A DNA stretch of 64,000 nt. Source: Candidatus Nealsonbacteria bacterium. GTDB lineage: Bacteria > Patescibacteriota > Minisyncoccia > Minisyncoccales > DAOVPY01. Location of the stretch: positions 87,831 through 151,830 of the forward strand of contig DAOVPY010000002.1 in the NCBI GenBank assembly GCA_030628945.1, read 5' to 3'. This document shows positions 10,453 to 19,114 of the stretch, one piece after another. A program made the position numbers and the translations under genes. The notes below the pieces were generated by a model, which made no database searches, was not told the DNA's origin, and saw only the letters and a program-made list of their open reading frames with translations. Within the stretch, counting starts at the first letter, position 1. The number at the start of each line of letters is the position of its first letter.

Positions 10453-10522
10453 AGTTGTAGTTTAGCTCCACTTCGCTTTTGAAAGCCCCGTGGTGTCTAT
10501 CCTGGTTGCTCAAATTCTACCT

Positions 10523-11947
10523 TTATCCCAGTTTTATTGCCCTTTTGCCTGTAAATTTCTCAAACCTCGCCAATATCACTTCTCCATAAACTGGGCTCAA
10601 TTCTATTGCCCGGCATTTCCTTTTCATTATCTCGCAGGCAATTATAGTTGACCCACTTCCCGCGAACGGTTCTACCACTATTCCATTTCTCGGGCTTAAT
10701 ATTTTTATGTATGGAACTAAAATTGAAATTGGCTTTGTGCCGAATACTATATTCTGTCCGCTTGACTTACTTGTCTCGGCTGTTCCGGTAATATGATCAT
10801 TCACCTTAGCCCACCGCGTTCCTTTCTTTTTGTCCCAATAAGCTTCTTTTCCTTGCTGGCCATAAAGTATCACCTCGTAGCTATCTAAAAGTTTTTGTCC
10901 TTTCTCCTGTAAGTAATCATCTAACTCTTTTTCATATTCCTCATTCTGAACGGCTTTTCCTTTACTGGCCAAGGGCGCTATATCGTATTTATTATAAAAG
11001 TGATGTTTATTTGAAAAGCCCTGGCATCTATTTGGCAGCCACCAAATTATTTGATTTCTGATTTTCCAATACTTCTTCATTGCCTGCCATAATTCAACCG
11101 AGTTTCGCCAGTTTTCAAATATCATTACATTCACTCCTTTTGGATTTTGAAAATCTTTTGCTATTGAAAGCCAATCATCATACTCTGGCACACCGCCGCC
11201 TTTCTCTACTCCCAGGTATATCCTGTTTCCTTTCATTCCAAATCCTTTTGGCTTGCCTTGTTTATCTGTCTCGCCGGTGCTCAAATATGTTCTGCTTCTC
11301 TTTAGCCGCATTCCCGCGCTGGTCTTAACTTTTCTGGTCCTAACTTTACTATAAGCTAATTTATAGGGCGGGTCGGTGAACATAAAATCAAATTTCTCTT
11401 TCCGAAGTAATTTTTCCCAATTCTTTTTTTCTATGCAGTTTCCAATAATTAACCTATGCTCACCTAATTGCCAAACATCCCCGGCTTTTACTCTTTTGGC
11501 TTTTTTCTTAAGCGCTTTCTCTAATTCTTTTTGAACATTAAAATCCTCATCTATATCTAAGCCGAATATCTCATCCATTTCCTCGTCCAAAAATCCAACG
11601 CCTTTTAATAAATCCTCGCCGAAATCTTTTAACAAATCATCATCCCATGAGCCCTGATTTTTATTTAACCTTAAATTCAACTCCTCAACTTCTTTCCCGG
11701 TCAGTTTCCTATTCGGGACGCGGACATCTATTTCCTTAATTCCTTTTTCTTTCAATCTTCTATATCTAAAATGCCGGCCGATAATCATATCGTCTGTATT
11801 GATTATTAACGGATCTGCTAAATTGAATCGCTCTAAACTCTTATCCATGTCCTCTGTTTGTTTTTCCGTAGCTCTCCTTGGATTTTTTGCCCAAGGTCTT
11901 AAATCTTTTAATTTTCTTTTTTCGTTGTGCCAAATAATTTTCTCCAT
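10523..11947 (-). CDS. ParB-like nuclease domain / DNA methyltransferase fusion
   Basis: N-terminal ParB-type box (WAKNPRR), catalytic DPPY (FTDPPYKLAY), AdoMet motif EPFAGSGST near the C-terminus. Confidence 0.8.
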   Translation of the reverse strand: MEKIIWHNEKRKLKDLRPWAKNPRRATEKQTEDMDKSLERFNLADPLIINTDDMIIGRHFRYRRLKEKGIKEIDVRVPNRKLTGKEVEELNLRLNKNQGSWDDDLLKDFGEDLLKGVGFLDEEMDEIFGLDIDEDFNVQKELEKALKKKAKRVKAGDVWQLGEHRLIIGNCIEKKNWEKLLRKEKFDFMFTDPPYKLAYSKVRTRKVKTSAGMRLKRSRTYLSTGETDKQGKPKGFGMKGNRIYLGVEKGGGVPEYDDWLSIAKDFQNPKGVNVMIFENWRNSVELWQAMKKYWKIRNQIIWWLPNRCQGFSNKHHFYNKYDIAPLASKGKAVQNEEYEKELDDYLQEKGQKLLDSYEVILYGQQGKEAYWDKKKGTRWAKVNDHITGTAETSKSSGQNIVFGTKPISILVPYIKILSPRNGIVVEPFAGSGSTIIACEIMKRKCRAIELSPVYGEVILARFEKFTGKRAIKLG

Positions 11948-12195
11948 AATCTCCTAAAAATTAAAACGCTAGTAATATAAATTCTCTGCCACCATTTTAA
12001 TTGTTGGACGATTGATTCTAATTTCTGCTTCATTGATATTTTCTGTTTATAATAATTATCCAACTGCCCTGTATGTTTTAGATAAAGAAATTTTTTCCTT
12101 CGCTCCCGCTCATATTCTCCTCGCTCTTTTTGAATTCTTTGTTTTATTTGTTCTTTGTTTTCCATCATTCTTCTTTGGGTTTTTCCCAAACCCAA
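11908..12195 (-). CDS. Hypothetical protein
   Basis: 95-aa basic ORF. Confidence 0.3.
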   Translation of the reverse strand: MGLGKTQRRMMENKEQIKQRIQKERGEYERERRKKFLYLKHTGQLDNYYKQKISMKQKLESIVQQLKWWQRIYITSVLIFRRLWRKLFGTTKKEN

Positions 12196-12485
12196 TTTTT
12201 TAATACCTCCTCCCCGCCCGGCTCTGCTTCCAACGTTTCTTTAATCGCTTTTAATCTGGCGCTGAGGATTTTATAATCTCTCTCTACCTCTTCAATCCGC
12301 ACCTTTACTGTTTTATCTCTTATTATTGGCGGAAGGCCCGGGCCCGACGGCACAATTTCATTTTTTTCCATAATCATATCAGCGGGCAATGTTTTAAGGG
12401 CTTTAAGTAATCCCTCTATTCGGATCACACCCAAATAAAAATTTGAGTATTCGTTTAAAAGGACTTTGATTTTATTTTTGTCCAT
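12165..12485 (-). CDS. Hypothetical protein
   Basis: 106-aa ORF. Confidence 0.35.
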   Translation of the reverse strand: MDKNKIKVLLNEYSNFYLGVIRIEGLLKALKTLPADMIMEKNEIVPSGPGLPPIIRDKTVKVRIEEVERDYKILSARLKAIKETLEAEPGGEEVLKNWVWEKPKEE

Positions 12486-12711
12486 AGTTCTCTATTATTT
12501 CTTTTACAACCTCCAAATTTTTTTCTCTCTCTGTTTTTTCTTTTTGGAGATTTTTAAGAAGTAATTTTTTCTTTACTCCGCTCCCTTGAAATTCCTCAAC
12601 CTCTTCCGAGCTCATTGGTTTAACTCTCTTAATTGTCCAGAGAGTTTCGGCTAATTGTTTTTGTATTCGATTGTATAAATCCTCAAACGCTTCTTTTAAT
12701 GTGATAATCAT
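12472..12711 (-). CDS. Hypothetical protein
   Basis: 79-aa ORF; AAGGTCG motif upstream. Confidence 0.35.
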   Translation of the reverse strand: MIITLKEAFEDLYNRIQKQLAETLWTIKRVKPMSSEEVEEFQGSGVKKKLLLKNLQKEKTEREKNLEVVKEIIENYGQK

Positions 12712-12854
12712 AGCTCTGTTATTTTACTAAATACGACCTTAATTATTATTTTGATTCTATCCCGGACCATCTCTGCTTTTATCCCCCTTTTTTTTATTTT
12801 TGAAAGGTCGAAGAGGGTCGACCTGACAGAGATGGTCCGGGCGAATCCTTACTT

Positions 12855-13178
12855 TTAATCCTCCAATCCTGAAGGAAAACCGAAACCTACCGCTTTCTTC
12901 CTGGGTCCACGATCAGAAATTTCGCCTCGCTCTGGAACCAAAAGCTTTATATTAAATCTGGCTCTATTCTTTGCCCCCACTGCCGACATCACTGTTCTGA
13001 CTGCCTGGATGGTTCTCCCTTGCTTTCCAATTACTAATCCCGCGTCTCCGTCCCCGAGCTTCACTGAAAACAAAACTCCCATCTCATCCATTTTCTTTTC
13101 AATCTTCACCTCTCCGGGTTTGGTAACAAGCGATTTAAGAATTGCCTCTAATAATTCTTTTGATGTATCTTTTTCCAT
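12855..13178 (-). CDS. KH-domain RNA-binding protein (YlqC/UPF0109-like)
   Basis: GxxG KH loop LVIGKQGRTIQAVRTV; size and layout of the UPF0109 family. Confidence 0.7.
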   Translation of the reverse strand: MEKDTSKELLEAILKSLVTKPGEVKIEKKMDEMGVLFSVKLGDGDAGLVIGKQGRTIQAVRTVMSAVGAKNRARFNIKLLVPERGEISDRGPRKKAVGFGFPSGLED

Positions 13179-13223
13179 GGCTTCTTCTTTTATTAATTAT
13201 TTTTACTTTTATCGACCTTTTTC

Positions 13224-13667
13224 TTATTTCTCTATTTCTTTTAAAAACGCTTTCACTGCTTCAACAGCCCGTCGACCTTTCCATGCTACCTCTCTGTCCG
13301 GACTTTTTATTTTCGGTTCTTTTGCTCTTTTTAGTAAATCCAATATTTGATTAAAATCTATCACCGCGTAAAGTTCCGGATTGGCTTGCGGACTTCTTGG
13401 ATCTCTTAGCACCAACATCCATTTATCCGAGTTAAAATTCCCGATCTCAGCTTGTCGTTTTGCTTGGTCTATGCTCCTAAGCCATAGAGGATTTTCCTGA
13501 TTTTTCACTTCAATAAGAAATTCCAAACAACTATCAATATCTCCTTTTCTCTTTCCACTACCGGAACCAACCTCACGCCGCGCACGGCCAAGGCCAGCTT
13601 GCTCAATCTGCTCAGCTACGTATTTTTCAAGGAATTTCCCTTTTTTAATGGCAGATTCTGGTGTCAT
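13224..13667 (-). CDS. PD-(D/E)XK nuclease, Holliday-junction-resolvase-like
   Basis: GDID...LIEVK arrangement (D..ExK) after a Gly-rich loop. Confidence 0.55.
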   Translation of the reverse strand: MTPESAIKKGKFLEKYVAEQIEQAGLGRARREVGSGSGKRKGDIDSCLEFLIEVKNQENPLWLRSIDQAKRQAEIGNFNSDKWMLVLRDPRSPQANPELYAVIDFNQILDLLKRAKEPKIKSPDREVAWKGRRAVEAVKAFLKEIEK

Positions 13668-13692
13668 AATAAATTACTCATCGTAGTTTTAG

Positions 13693-13863
13693 TTATTTGC
13701 TCTGTCGACTTTTAATTTTATAATCTCTACATCTCTGACAAATCGTGGGTGCAGACACTCCGCACTTTTTGGCGATTTGAAAACAAGTCAAACCCTCTTT
13801 TCTCATTGCTTCTAAACTTTCAGGTTTTAATAATTTTATTTGTTTTACGGTTAGGATTTTCAT
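13693..13863 (-). CDS. Small HTH protein (56 aa)
   Basis: Found manually: MKILTVKQIKLLKPESLEAMRKEGLTCFQIAKKCGVSAPTICQRCRDYKIKSRQSK, with an HTH-like core. Confidence 0.35.
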   Translation of the reverse strand: MKILTVKQIKLLKPESLEAMRKEGLTCFQIAKKCGVSAPTICQRCRDYKIKSRQSK

Positions 13864-13876
13864 TTGATTTTAATTG

Positions 13877-13949
13877 TGGCGCAGGGCAGGAATTGAACCT
13901 ACCTATTCTGGCTTATGAGGCCAGCGTGATACCGTCTCACTCCCGCGCC
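13877..13949 (-). tRNA. tRNA-Met (anticodon CAT; could be lysidine-type Ile2)
   Basis: Cloverleaf read by eye: D stem GTGA/TCAC, anticodon arm CTGGC-CTCATAA-GCCAG, T arm GTAGG-TTCAATT-CCTGC. The acceptor can be drawn with 8 bp. No encoded CCA. Confidence 0.8.
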
Positions 13950-13952
13950 AAG

Positions 13953-14057
13953 CGGGCTTGTCGGGTTTTGAACCCAATTTTATGTCCCTAATGGAGGGTT
14001 AATTTGTGGAAAAGCAATATCCGTTTTTCACTTTTCAAAAAGTGAGAAAACAAGCCC
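13953..14057 (-). other. tRNA-like element (acceptor + T-arm minihelix, aberrant interior)
   Basis: GGGCTTG...CAAGCCC is a perfect 7-bp acceptor, directly preceded by a canonical T arm TTGGG-TTCAAAA-CCCGA. The interior 70 nt does not fold as D or anticodon arms. Confidence 0.35.
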
Positions 14058-14084
14058 AGATAAAATCTTAATTCCTTTTTTATT

Positions 14085-14348
14085 TTAATACCTATACATC
14101 TTAAACGCTTCCTCATCGCAAGGAACTAACCTTTTAATTACTTCTTCAAAGTAGCATTTATCACCCCAATCTCTAATTTGTTCATCAGCTTTTCCTTCTT
14201 CAGCATAATAAATAGCCCAGTCGTGGATACCGCCTCTAACGGCAACCCATTTTGTATTCATTTCTCTGCTAAATTCTTCAATTAAACCACCACCTTTCGC
14301 AAAAATTGTATGTGGCTTCATTTCTTTTAACTTTTGTAATGTCAACAT
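14085..14348 (-). CDS. Hypothetical protein
   Basis: 87-aa ORF. Confidence 0.4.
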   Translation of the reverse strand: MLTLQKLKEMKPHTIFAKGGGLIEEFSREMNTKWVAVRGGIHDWAIYYAEEGKADEQIRDWGDKCYFEEVIKRLVPCDEEAFKMYRY

Positions 14349-14357
14349 AATTTTATT

Positions 14358-16124
14358 TTACAAATTAAACAAATGTTCCGCCGCTTTTATTTCTCCGTTG
14401 GAAATCTCAACCAAATTATTACTGCGAAGAATGCTTATATAGGTGCTGAATGAACCGCCGGTATGGACTACTCCGGCTAATTCTCCCAGGGCTTCTTTTG
14501 TGTATCCGGCCGGATATGCGTCAATTAAAATCTCAAACATTCTCCTGGCGCCGCCGGTTAAATTATTCTTCCATAGTTCAATTACTTCCTCTGAAGTTTG
14601 CGGTGGATTTGGTTGCTCACCCAAATAATCAATGCCGGCTTCGGTAGCAACTAATAATCCATTATCACCATAAATAAGACCCGCGCCTTTCAGCGTTGAA
14701 AGATAAGTGCTAAAAGTTCCGCCCCTTGGCTTCATTTTTGAAAAAGTCCCCAACTGCGCTTTAGATAACTTTACCGGATAACGAGAAACTAAAACTTTAA
14801 GCATTCGTAGAGCGCCACCCTGTATTTTAAGTTCACCATCAATCTCGCCTGTTTCCAATATTTTATCTTTTTCTTTTTCAGTTGCCCCAAAAAATCTGTT
14901 TGTTTCTTTTTGAGACGGCAATTTCATATTGCTTATCAATAATTCCTTGACAACTGGTCTCTTTGAAGTTGTGCTATACCGCATCGGAAACTTTCTGATA
15001 GATATTTTAGGTTGTTCTACTTTTTCAATACTGCCGGCGAGTTTTTCTATTTGTTTAAGGACTTTATAAGAATTTTCAACAAAAATAACATTTTTCTTGT
15101 GAGCTTCTACAAATTTATTTATCTCTTCTTGCTTTTTATTTAGTGCTTCCGCAACGGCCCTTTTAATCGCTTCCGGAGAACAGGTCTCCGTCTGGCCAGC
15201 TATTCTTAATTGTCTTTTTAAATTGAATATTTCCTGCTTAAATTCAGCAACGGTTTCTGCTTTCTTTTTCGCTTCCTGTGGCAAATCAGCCAGTTTTTTC
15301 AAAATATTTTTAATTTTCTCGGTAGGAGGTATTACCTTCTTTAATACTTTAAAACCCTCTCCGGCGGCCCGGGGATGAGTAGTAAGAACTTCTCCCACTT
15401 TAGTCTTAATAATCTCGTTAGAAATCGCCGGACCATAAATAAAGAACTCCCCTGGCTCCAATTTTCGCAAAGATAGATACTGCTCTTTAGAAGTAAATCC
15501 CAATTCCTCTGAAGCGCGCTTCATATCAATATCCAATCCGGTGCGACCAATTAGTTTGTTATTACACTCCGCGGCCGCGTCTTTGTGAAGTTTAGAAAGG
15601 CGCTGTGTAGCCAAAACAGCACAATAGCCGCGCTTCCTTCCCCTTGTGGCTAAATCAATAACCGAATCCATTGCCTCTGATTGACCTTTTTCAGGGCAAA
15701 ATTGGTGAGCCTCATCTACAACCACAAGACAAGGATGCCAAAATTCTTTAGGAGCGTTAATCAAACTATCTAAAAAAAGTTTTACAAAGTGCTTCCTTTC
15801 GTAATGCGGCAATTCGTATAAATCAATAATAGCCGATACATTCATCTCTAATATCTTTCGTGCCAAAAGACTTGCTGTTTTAGATTCTGCTACGACATCG
15901 CCACCCTTGCCGACTAAAATATAATCATACTTCTCCCGGAGCGTTGAAAATTCTCCTTCAAGATCAATAACGATTTGCTGAACCTTGCCGTGAGATTGTT
16001 CAAGAAGCCGGCGTAATAACCACGATTTACCGCCACCGGAATTTGCCTGGACTAAAAGCCGACTATCAACCAGTTTTATTAAGTCAATCTTTATTTTATC
16101 GTTTAATTTAATTATGTTTTTCAT
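14358..16124 (-). CDS. HerA/FtsK-like (DUF87-type) ATPase with two C-terminal winged-helix-like repeats
   Basis: Walker A NSGGGKSW, Walker B LVVVDEAHQF, ATQR. Two ~65-aa repeats: GGALRMLKVL...TFSTYLSTLKGAGLI and GGARRMFEIL...SFSTYISILRSNNLV. Confidence 0.65.
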   Translation of the reverse strand: MKNIIKLNDKIKIDLIKLVDSRLLVQANSGGGKSWLLRRLLEQSHGKVQQIVIDLEGEFSTLREKYDYILVGKGGDVVAESKTASLLARKILEMNVSAIIDLYELPHYERKHFVKLFLDSLINAPKEFWHPCLVVVDEAHQFCPEKGQSEAMDSVIDLATRGRKRGYCAVLATQRLSKLHKDAAAECNNKLIGRTGLDIDMKRASEELGFTSKEQYLSLRKLEPGEFFIYGPAISNEIIKTKVGEVLTTHPRAAGEGFKVLKKVIPPTEKIKNILKKLADLPQEAKKKAETVAEFKQEIFNLKRQLRIAGQTETCSPEAIKRAVAEALNKKQEEINKFVEAHKKNVIFVENSYKVLKQIEKLAGSIEKVEQPKISIRKFPMRYSTTSKRPVVKELLISNMKLPSQKETNRFFGATEKEKDKILETGEIDGELKIQGGALRMLKVLVSRYPVKLSKAQLGTFSKMKPRGGTFSTYLSTLKGAGLIYGDNGLLVATEAGIDYLGEQPNPPQTSEEVIELWKNNLTGGARRMFEILIDAYPAGYTKEALGELAGVVHTGGSFSTYISILRSNNLVEISNGEIKAAEHLFNL

Positions 16125-16128
16125 CTTT

Positions 16129-17541
16129 TTAAAACATTTTCAGAACCTTATTTTTAAAGCCCCATGTTCTTTCAAGTAAAACCCCGATAATAAATCTCAG
16201 TTTTTTGGCATTATCCATTTTCTTTGCCGCTTCCCTAATAGGAGCCTCCCAATCGTAATAGCTATAACTCATACTATTTGTCTTTTTCTCTGGTGTAATT
16301 CCGAATCTCTTGGCCACCGGTCTGAGCACGGTAGTCCCCTGCCCCTGCAAAATCATTTCAAATATGATATCCAAAGTTTTTTTATCGAGCGGCCATTTAA
16401 TTTTATTTAAGGCCTCAACAATTTTTTCTTCCTCATTTTCTCTCTCTGCTTTTTGTTTTTTCGCTTCTTTTTTTCTCCTCTCTTTTTCCTTCGGACTAAG
16501 GGAATAATCGGCGTGCTGAGAATAGTGTTTTGTGCATTTAGGATTCACGCATATCCATAAAAATGTTCCTGTGTCCGGGCCCGCGGCCACTATCGCCTTT
16601 TGAGCATATTTACACTGCTCTTTTTTCTTAAAACTAAGCGACTGATATTTACTGGCCGACAAAATTCCTGAACTATCCGAACTATACTCTTTGCTTACTT
16701 TCAACATTTCAATTCCTTGCTCTTTAGCTTTGGCAATCTGATATTCTATGTATTTTTCCATCTTTCTTTTCCAACATTTCAAATCGGTGCACGCCCCTTC
16801 TTTAACTTCGCCGAATAAAGTATTTTTATTTGGCAGACATTCGATGCATTCTCCGACTGCCTCATTAGCTTCCTTGTCTTTAAGCCATGGCTGGAAAGCG
16901 AGCGGATGATAAAAAGTTCGTTCGATCCATTCTTTGAATTCTTTAACCGATGGCAACTCCCATCCTTCTTTTAAATACTTCATTGCCTTAGATTGATCGT
17001 TGAAAGAAAGTTTAGCTATAAGAACAGCGTGCCCATCAGTGATATCTCCCTTGCGATAAGCATTGGCTGGTCTCTCGATTAGATTTGTTAAAAATAAACG
17101 TTGGCGAATATAACCCTGGGATTTACCCACTTTAATTGCGATATTTTCTATGGTGTATTTTGATTTCTCTATCAGCTGCCGATAGCTAAAACCCTCATCT
17201 AAAGAATGAATGTCGGAGCGTTGCAAGTTTTCTATAATCTGAACCTCTTTGGCCTCGCCATCGGTGAGATCCCTAACCATCGCCGGTATTTCCTTGAGTC
17301 CAACTATCTCAGCAGCTCTAAATCTTCTCTCCCCGGCAACCACTTCGTAGCCGGTAACCACATTGTAGGCCGCGGCGTGTTTACTCTTGCTCGTCGGCCG
17401 AACAATAATCGGAACCAGCACTCCTTTCTCTTTAATGCTTGCCACAAGATCATTGAACTCTGCGCCATCAAAACCCTTTTTTCTTACATTGGTGTTTGAT
17501 TTGCGAATTAACGAAATTTTAATCGATTGAAATTTATTCAT
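16129..17541 (-). CDS. ParB/Spo0J-like protein with Cys-rich C-terminal half
   Basis: GERRFRAAE box, IIENLQR, HTH (IAIKVGKSQGYIRQRL). C-terminal Cys clusters CIECLP...CTDLKC...CVNPKC. Confidence 0.75.
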   Translation of the reverse strand: MNKFQSIKISLIRKSNTNVRKKGFDGAEFNDLVASIKEKGVLVPIIVRPTSKSKHAAAYNVVTGYEVVAGERRFRAAEIVGLKEIPAMVRDLTDGEAKEVQIIENLQRSDIHSLDEGFSYRQLIEKSKYTIENIAIKVGKSQGYIRQRLFLTNLIERPANAYRKGDITDGHAVLIAKLSFNDQSKAMKYLKEGWELPSVKEFKEWIERTFYHPLAFQPWLKDKEANEAVGECIECLPNKNTLFGEVKEGACTDLKCWKRKMEKYIEYQIAKAKEQGIEMLKVSKEYSSDSSGILSASKYQSLSFKKKEQCKYAQKAIVAAGPDTGTFLWICVNPKCTKHYSQHADYSLSPKEKERRKKEAKKQKAERENEEEKIVEALNKIKWPLDKKTLDIIFEMILQGQGTTVLRPVAKRFGITPEKKTNSMSYSYYDWEAPIREAAKKMDNAKKLRFIIGVLLERTWGFKNKVLKMF

Positions 17542-17593
17542 TTTTTTCCCCTCGCCTTATTTGTTCGGCAAGGATTGATTATTTTTTTATTGC

Positions 17594-17839
17594 TTAAAAT
17601 AATTTTCTTTGTCCTATAAGTTCATAAATCTTTTCCATTGCTATTGCTATATTTTCATATTTTTTAGGATTATCATCTACAAACTTTTCTATAATTTCGC
17701 TTGCCTTTTCTTTGCTTAAATCTTTAGAACTCTCAACTTTATAAAAATGTTTAAGATAGATTTTCCGATTAAATTCTCCAAAACTTTGGGTGAGTAAAAT
17801 GTTAAGATATTTCAATTGTTTCTCAGTGATTGTAATCAT
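17594..17839 (-). CDS. Hypothetical protein
   Basis: 81-aa ORF. Confidence 0.35.
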   Translation of the reverse strand: MITITEKQLKYLNILLTQSFGEFNRKIYLKHFYKVESSKDLSKEKASEIIEKFVDDNPKKYENIAIAMEKIYELIGQRKLF

Positions 17840-17843
17840 AAAC

Positions 17844-18308
17844 TTAATTCAGTTTAGTTATTTCTAATGTTCTTTTGCCCCAAGCCAAGGCTTCAGCCCG
17901 GGTCGGAAACCAAATATCTATTCTATATCCGTAGCGCGCGTTCGTCCTGTCCTGGACTTCATAAATCAATCCGTCTATTAAAAGTAAAATGCCAAAAGGA
18001 AATTCATTTGTGGCTACTATCCCGAGCCGAACTCTTTGTCCGGACGCTGTAATAAACGGGGTATCATCTGTCTGGTCCGGGGTTGAAGAATAGCCGGTAA
18101 CTATTCTCCAAAATTTTTCACTTTGCCAATCCATTCTCACCGGCGATTGCCACGAAGCATAAGATATTTCATAAAATTGACTATGTCTTTCAGGTAAAGT
18201 TTGACTGGCCGTTCTCGGAATAAATAAAACGATAATACTAACAATCACAACAACTGCTATAATCACCATCCCCCAAAAATGAATTTTTAATTGAGTTTCG
18301 TAATTCAT
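17844..18308 (-). CDS. Membrane-anchored 3D-domain protein (putative cell-wall hydrolase/lysin)
   Basis: N-terminal TM helix, then the 3D-domain pattern TGYSS..DQTDDTPFITASG..IVATN..PFG..VQDRT..IDIWF. Start set at an ATGA overlap with the upstream stop. Confidence 0.6.
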   Translation of the reverse strand: MNYETQLKIHFWGMVIIAVVVIVSIIVLFIPRTASQTLPERHSQFYEISYASWQSPVRMDWQSEKFWRIVTGYSSTPDQTDDTPFITASGQRVRLGIVATNEFPFGILLLIDGLIYEVQDRTNARYGYRIDIWFPTRAEALAWGKRTLEITKLN

Positions 18309-18607
18309 AAACCGCAAGCTTGGCAAAGCTTCATTAAATTTTCATCTTCAAGAGTTAAATCGGGTCTTTCTCGCAGTTCGGGATAACTATCAGCGTCCAC
18401 CCGATTGGGCTCAAGCATTTGTAATCCCGTGAGGATATTTCCTTTTTTCATCAGAGGCCGCCAGCGCGCGTAATTTCTGAAAGTTCTGACAATATCTGTT
18501 TCGGCCCACTCGCCGGAAGGAAACATCTTGAAATAAACTCTTATAAAAACCTCTCTCTTATTTCTGGACTGCTTTGGCGGATCTATTTTAATAATTTCGC
18601 CTTGCAT
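18305..18607 (-). CDS. Hypothetical protein
   Basis: 100-aa ORF. Confidence 0.35.
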   Translation of the reverse strand: MQGEIIKIDPPKQSRNKREVFIRVYFKMFPSGEWAETDIVRTFRNYARWRPLMKKGNILTGLQMLEPNRVDADSYPELRERPDLTLEDENLMKLCQACGL

Positions 18608-18611
18608 AAAA

Positions 18612-19109
18612 TTATTTATTAGAACATTGATGAATAACTATTTTCTCAAATAACCGTAAATCGCTCATTCCTATCCCTGTTTTTATTTCTTTAATAGGAC
18701 TTATAATTAAGCAATGCTTATCGCATCCATCGCAACGAAATTGTATGCCGCCCCTATCTCTTTTGAGAATTCTTTTCTGTGGATTTAAAAACCTTCTGAA
18801 TTTTAGAACCCTATACCTATTTTTTAGAAAAATATTATAAGATGATTCTGGATTATGACGCCATTCGATGGCTTTTAATCGGCTATTTTCCCTATGTTTT
18901 TTTAACAATTTTGGACTATTTTTTATTTTTAAATAGAATTTATGGTGTCTTCTTTTGCAATCTTCTTTTCTTTTAGAATTTCTACCTCTTTCTTTATCAA
19001 AACAGTGTAAGCATAGTCCTCTTCCCTTGTGTTTAATTTTGGTCGTTCCGCATTTGACACAGGCATCATATTTCCAAGCCCATTTTCCTTTGGGAATTGG
19101 TGCGCACAT
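18612..19109 (-). CDS. Cys-rich zinc-ribbon protein
   Basis: CVKCG...CLHCF and CDGCDKHC clusters. Start moved to the ATG 6 nt after the upstream stop. Confidence 0.4.
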   Translation of the reverse strand: MCAPIPKGKWAWKYDACVKCGTTKIKHKGRGLCLHCFDKERGRNSKRKEDCKRRHHKFYLKIKNSPKLLKKHRENSRLKAIEWRHNPESSYNIFLKNRYRVLKFRRFLNPQKRILKRDRGGIQFRCDGCDKHCLIISPIKEIKTGIGMSDLRLFEKIVIHQCSNK

Positions 19110-19114
19110 AAAAA

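Noticed and set aside
13877-13949. Initiator tRNA-fMet assignment for the phage tRNA(CAT)
   Set aside because: The anticodon stem (CTGGC/GCCAG) lacks the three consecutive G:C pairs characteristic of bacterial initiators. Elongator Met or lysidine-modified Ile2 is more likely.
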